20,891 bases of DNA. Origin: Methanotrichaceae archaeon. GTDB taxonomy: Archaea; Halobacteriota; Methanosarcinia; Methanotrichales; Methanotrichaceae. The notes under the pieces are model-generated. The model worked only from the letters and a program-made list of their open reading frames with translations. It was not told where the DNA came from and ran no database searches. Position 1 is the stretch's first letter. Every line of letters begins with the position of its first letter. The stretch is taken from positions 1 through 20,891 of the forward strand of contig CAWEXU010000026.1 in assembly GCA_963813075.1 (NCBI GenBank), read 5' to 3'. Position numbers and translations under genes: made by a program. Positions 17,884 to 20,891 of this stretch are shown piece by piece.

Positions 17884-19071
17884 ATGTTGTTCAAGGTACT
17901 GTTTATCTCTGTAGCTATGCTCTTGTGTATAACAGCGCAGATTTTTTCCCTGACGAATACTGCGTCTGCAGATGGATGCGGCGTTAATCCCCTGGGAGAC
18001 ACATCAGGAGATACTGACTTTTATGTGAGCAAGAACCAGAATTTGCCGACCTCGGGGACAGTGTCTCCCGCCTCAACTATATCCAGTGAGGCAGGAGCAG
18101 CTATGCCTTTAGGCTCTCTAGTTGAGCAGACAAAAGGGAATGTGACCTTACAGAGCCTGGATCCTGACAAGATCAGCCCGCAAGTGGCAGGATCGGCAAT
18201 CATCTGGACGGCAAATGCGACAAATCCGAATGATGAAGATTTGGTCTTTGATTTCTTCCTGAAGGGACCTGCGACCAACGGCGAGCTCATTGAGAAGACC
18301 GGATGGATTGCCGAGAATAGCTGGACCTGGAATACCTCGGAAGATGATGTAGGAGAAAATCAGGTCCAGGTATGGGTCAAGCGCCTGGGTGCAGGGGAGG
18401 CTGAGAACATAAAGGCACAGAATTATACCATTTCCGCCCCCGCCTCTGAGGTGCAGGTGGCAGATGCCGCTGCCAGCACGGAAAAATCAACATCGTCCGG
18501 ATTGAATCCACATCCCGGGGGGAAGACCGCAGATAATGAAGTAGGAGAAGCCTTTGCCAGCAAGTCGAGCACAGCCTCAAGCGATTTGAACCCCTATCCA
18601 GGGGGCAAGACCGCAAATATCGATGTAAGCAAGCCAAAGCCCGCCCCGGATGAGAGCGGGAGCGCTGATGTCGCAGGCAGCCTGTCAGATGGATCCGTCA
18701 TGAGCACGCAAGATCCTTCAGCGGCAGCATCAGATGCCATGGATGTTGGTGGAAAATGGACCGTTGACCTAATTGGCTCGGGATGCACTCTTGACGCTAA
18801 TCTCATTCAGACTGGAGAAAGCATCGTGGGAATGGGAAGCTTGATCGAGAGGAATACCAAGATCCCTCAGACCTTTAAGGGTACAGTAACCTCAAGCTCT
18901 CTGAGAATTCAGTCAAACGCGGTGATTGACGAATTTGGAAATGATATCGACAAGAGCGTAAGCCTATATCTGGAGAAGGCGGACAGGACCATTTCAGGCA
19001 GCTACGAGATATATTCTGGCGATGAATTGATGGCAAAGGGAAATGCCACTGCCAGCAGATTCTCCAGCTGA
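17884..19071 (+). CDS. Secreted multidomain protein: Ig-like domain, low-complexity linker and C-terminal beta domain
   Basis: Signal peptide then GCG. The SPQ..G..IIWTANA...F.F.LKGP...W...NSWTW...G...VQVWV region is Ig-like. The C-terminal G.W...LIQT...G.G...GNATASR domain is shared with the next two genes. Confidence 0.8.
   Translation: MLFKVLFISVAMLLCITAQIFSLTNTASADGCGVNPLGDTSGDTDFYVSKNQNLPTSGTVSPASTISSEAGAAMPLGSLVEQTKGNVTLQSLDPDKISPQVAGSAIIWTANATNPNDEDLVFDFFLKGPATNGELIEKTGWIAENSWTWNTSEDDVGENQVQVWVKRLGAGEAENIKAQNYTISAPASEVQVADAAASTEKSTSSGLNPHPGGKTADNEVGEAFASKSSTASSDLNPYPGGKTANIDVSKPKPAPDESGSADVAGSLSDGSVMSTQDPSAAASDAMDVGGKWTVDLIGSGCTLDANLIQTGESIVGMGSLIERNTKIPQTFKGTVTSSSLRIQSNAVIDEFGNDIDKSVSLYLEKADRTISGSYEIYSGDELMAKGNATASRFSS
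18471..18630 (+). repeat. Internal 84-bp (28-aa) degenerate duplication
   Basis: AS...SSGLNPHPGGKTA and AS...SSDLNPYPGGKTA. TGCCAGCA occurs at 18471 and 18555. Confidence 0.7.
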
Positions 19072-19143
19072 AGGGCTGATTTAGCCCCCTTTATCAGTTG
19101 CGGAAGAATCAATTGATAAGCATAAGGAAAAAAGGAGCACGAG

Positions 19144-19689
19144 ATGTTGAAGGTGCATTCAATTCTATGCCTGGCCCTGGCCATTGCCCTCCTGGCCAGC
19201 CCGGCCTGGGCGAGCTGCGGCAAATGGGTGATCAGGGATGATTCCGATTATCTCTCTGACCCGGACTTCGATCAGGCGGTAGCATCCTCTACGGGGGCTG
19301 CTGCTACCCTCAATCCTGAAATAGAGGAGAATGCTGCTCCAAAGGAGGAAAACATTGCAGACCTGGGAGGAGAATGGAGGGTATTGCTCGAGATGAAGAT
19401 AGACGGGCAGGATAAGCAAAATGCTCTGGATTTGATCCTCATCCAGACAAGAGATCGGCTGCAGGGCTATGGCACCCTTCTCGAGGAGGGAGCCGATCTG
19501 CCGGCAACGGCCACCGGCTACATAACCGATGATTCCGTCAGCCTGATCGTGTCACTGGTCGAGCAAAAGAAGGAATATCAGCTGGACCTGGCCGTCATCG
19601 AAGGCGGTTTGAAAGGCATCTATGAGCTATACGAGAGTGAAAAGCTGGCAGGGAGAGGAAATGCCACCGCCAGCAGACTCTCCAGCTGA
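19144..19689 (+). CDS. Secreted hypothetical protein (paralog family, AWA-SCG)
   Basis: Signal peptide ...LLASPAWA-SCGKWVIR and the domain DLGGEW...LDLILIQTRDRLQGYG...GNATASR. Confidence 0.85.
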   Translation: MLKVHSILCLALAIALLASPAWASCGKWVIRDDSDYLSDPDFDQAVASSTGAAATLNPEIEENAAPKEENIADLGGEWRVLLEMKIDGQDKQNALDLILIQTRDRLQGYGTLLEEGADLPATATGYITDDSVSLIVSLVEQKKEYQLDLAVIEGGLKGIYELYESEKLAGRGNATASRLSS

Positions 19690-19766
19690 GAGGCTGATTT
19701 TGACCTAATCACTCTTCCGCTCATGAATCATCAAGGCAAAATCAAGACCAAAAGGAGTACGAGATA

Positions 19767-20423
19767 TTGAAGATCTATCCAATAATATGTCTGGTGCTGA
19801 TCGCAGCTCTCTTGACCAGCCCGGCCTGGGCAAGCTGCGGAACATGGATAATCAGGGGCAACACCGAGTATCATTACGACGCAGAGTACGAAAATGCTGT
19901 GAGGTCCTCAACTGGCCATGCTGCCGCGCTGAATCCCGATAGCAAATCCAAAGAAGATGCTAATGATCAAGCCGATGAGAACACAAGCCAAATAGATGCG
20001 GCATCAAATGAAACAGCCAAAGCACCAAAAGAAGATACCGTGCCAACTGAGCCGGTCATAAATGAGCCAGAAATAAAGGAGCCGGTTGTAGATCTGAAGG
20101 GAGATTGGAAGGTAATTCTCAATACAGTGATCGATGGGCAGAATATGCAGGAAGCACTGGATCTGATCCTGATTCAGACCAACGACAGGCTGCAGGGCTA
20201 TGGCAATGTTCTCAAGAAAGGCACAGATATCCCGGTGACTGCCACCGGTCACATCGCTTCCAATGATTCTATCAGTCTGAACGTGAAGCAGGTGGAGCAG
20301 GACAGGGATTACAGGCTGGAACTGGCCATCATCGAGGAGAGAATGGAGGGCAGCTATAAAATCTATCAAGACGGGAGCCTGGCAGGGAGCGGAAATATCA
20401 CTGCCAGCAAATCAGGCTTCTAG
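19767..20423 (+). CDS. Secreted hypothetical protein (paralog family, AWA-SCG)
   Basis: TTG start, LLTSPAWA-SCGTWIIR, DLKGDW...LDLILIQTNDRLQGYG...GNITASK. Confidence 0.85.
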   Translation: MKIYPIICLVLIAALLTSPAWASCGTWIIRGNTEYHYDAEYENAVRSSTGHAAALNPDSKSKEDANDQADENTSQIDAASNETAKAPKEDTVPTEPVINEPEIKEPVVDLKGDWKVILNTVIDGQNMQEALDLILIQTNDRLQGYGNVLKKGTDIPVTATGHIASNDSISLNVKQVEQDRDYRLELAIIEERMEGSYKIYQDGSLAGSGNITASKSGF

Positions 20424-20471
20424 AAGCAAGATGACCAAATCGCATCATCAGAAAATCGCATCCTCACATGA

Positions 20472-20891
20472 TCACTTGTGATATGGCTCATGATGCATTA
20501 TTCTGAAGCTGCGGTATATCTGCTCCAGAAGGATCACCCGCATAAGCTGATGAGGAAAGGTCATCGGAGAGAAGGATAAAAGCAGATCCGCTCGATCTAA
20601 TACCGCTGGCGCCAGACCCAGGGGGCCGCCTATGATGAAGGCCACCTCCGATCTTCCTTCCAGAATCAAATCCTCCAGCCTTTCCGCCAGCTGCTGCGAA
20701 TCCAGGGCATCTCCTGTCCGGTCCAGGACTATCACCGGACCCGAATGGCGCTTGAGCTTATCGAGAATCGCTGCCCCTTCCGCCTCCATAGCCCTGATCT
20801 CTACTGCAGGAGATGCGGCCTCCTTCGAGCTGATGGCCACCTCCACCATCTCCAGACGGGCATATGGACGGAGGCGGCGGATGTAGTCTGC
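20472..20891 (-). CDS. rlmH: 23S rRNA (pseudouridine1915-N3)-methyltransferase RlmH, SPOUT family (5' end outside window)
   Basis: FIIGGPLG, LSFSPMTFPHQLMRVILLEQIYR and C-terminal PYHK. The frame is open to the window edge (ADYIRRLRPYARLE). Confidence 0.93.
   Translation of the reverse strand, partial: ADYIRRLRPYARLEMVEVAISSKEAASPAVEIRAMEAEGAAILDKLKRHSGPVIVLDRTGDALDSQQLAERLEDLILEGRSEVAFIIGGPLGLAPAVLDRADLLLSFSPMTFPHQLMRVILLEQIYRSFRIMHHEPYHK

Overview
A window that looks like a methanogenic archaeon, most likely Methanothrix/Methanosaeta. This is inferred from the gene set, the BRE/TATA promoters and the families of acidic secreted proteins; no database check was run. Housekeeping content: a partial ArsR-family regulator, a SemiSWEET/PQ-loop transporter, a UbiA-family prenyltransferase, a cupin-type glucose-6-phosphate isomerase, an operon of DUF166, two-subunit Fe-S fumarate hydratase and DUF434 running divergently from cbiA, the cimA-ilvB-ilvN-ilvC branched-chain amino acid operon, and a partial rlmH. 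Between these are three clusters of uncharacterised secreted-protein genes: (i) a paralog pair with a WSWG-APKG motif, 12-aa Y-x-DP-x-TG repeats and an identical duplicated promoter; (ii) two proteins with tandem N-x-T sequons; (iii) three tandem Cys-Gly proteins sharing a C-terminal domain. An accessory patch at 11.1-12.9 kb holds a nested palindromic element, a Zn-ribbon plus membrane-protein gene pair, an internally deleted IS66 with perfect 15-bp TIRs, and a GC-rich RNA-like hairpin. Several single-base homopolymer indels, mostly in the first 3.2 kb, break or falsely fuse ORFs, so some ORF-track entries are artefacts. No system can be proven novel from sequence alone; the leads are ranked in the findings.
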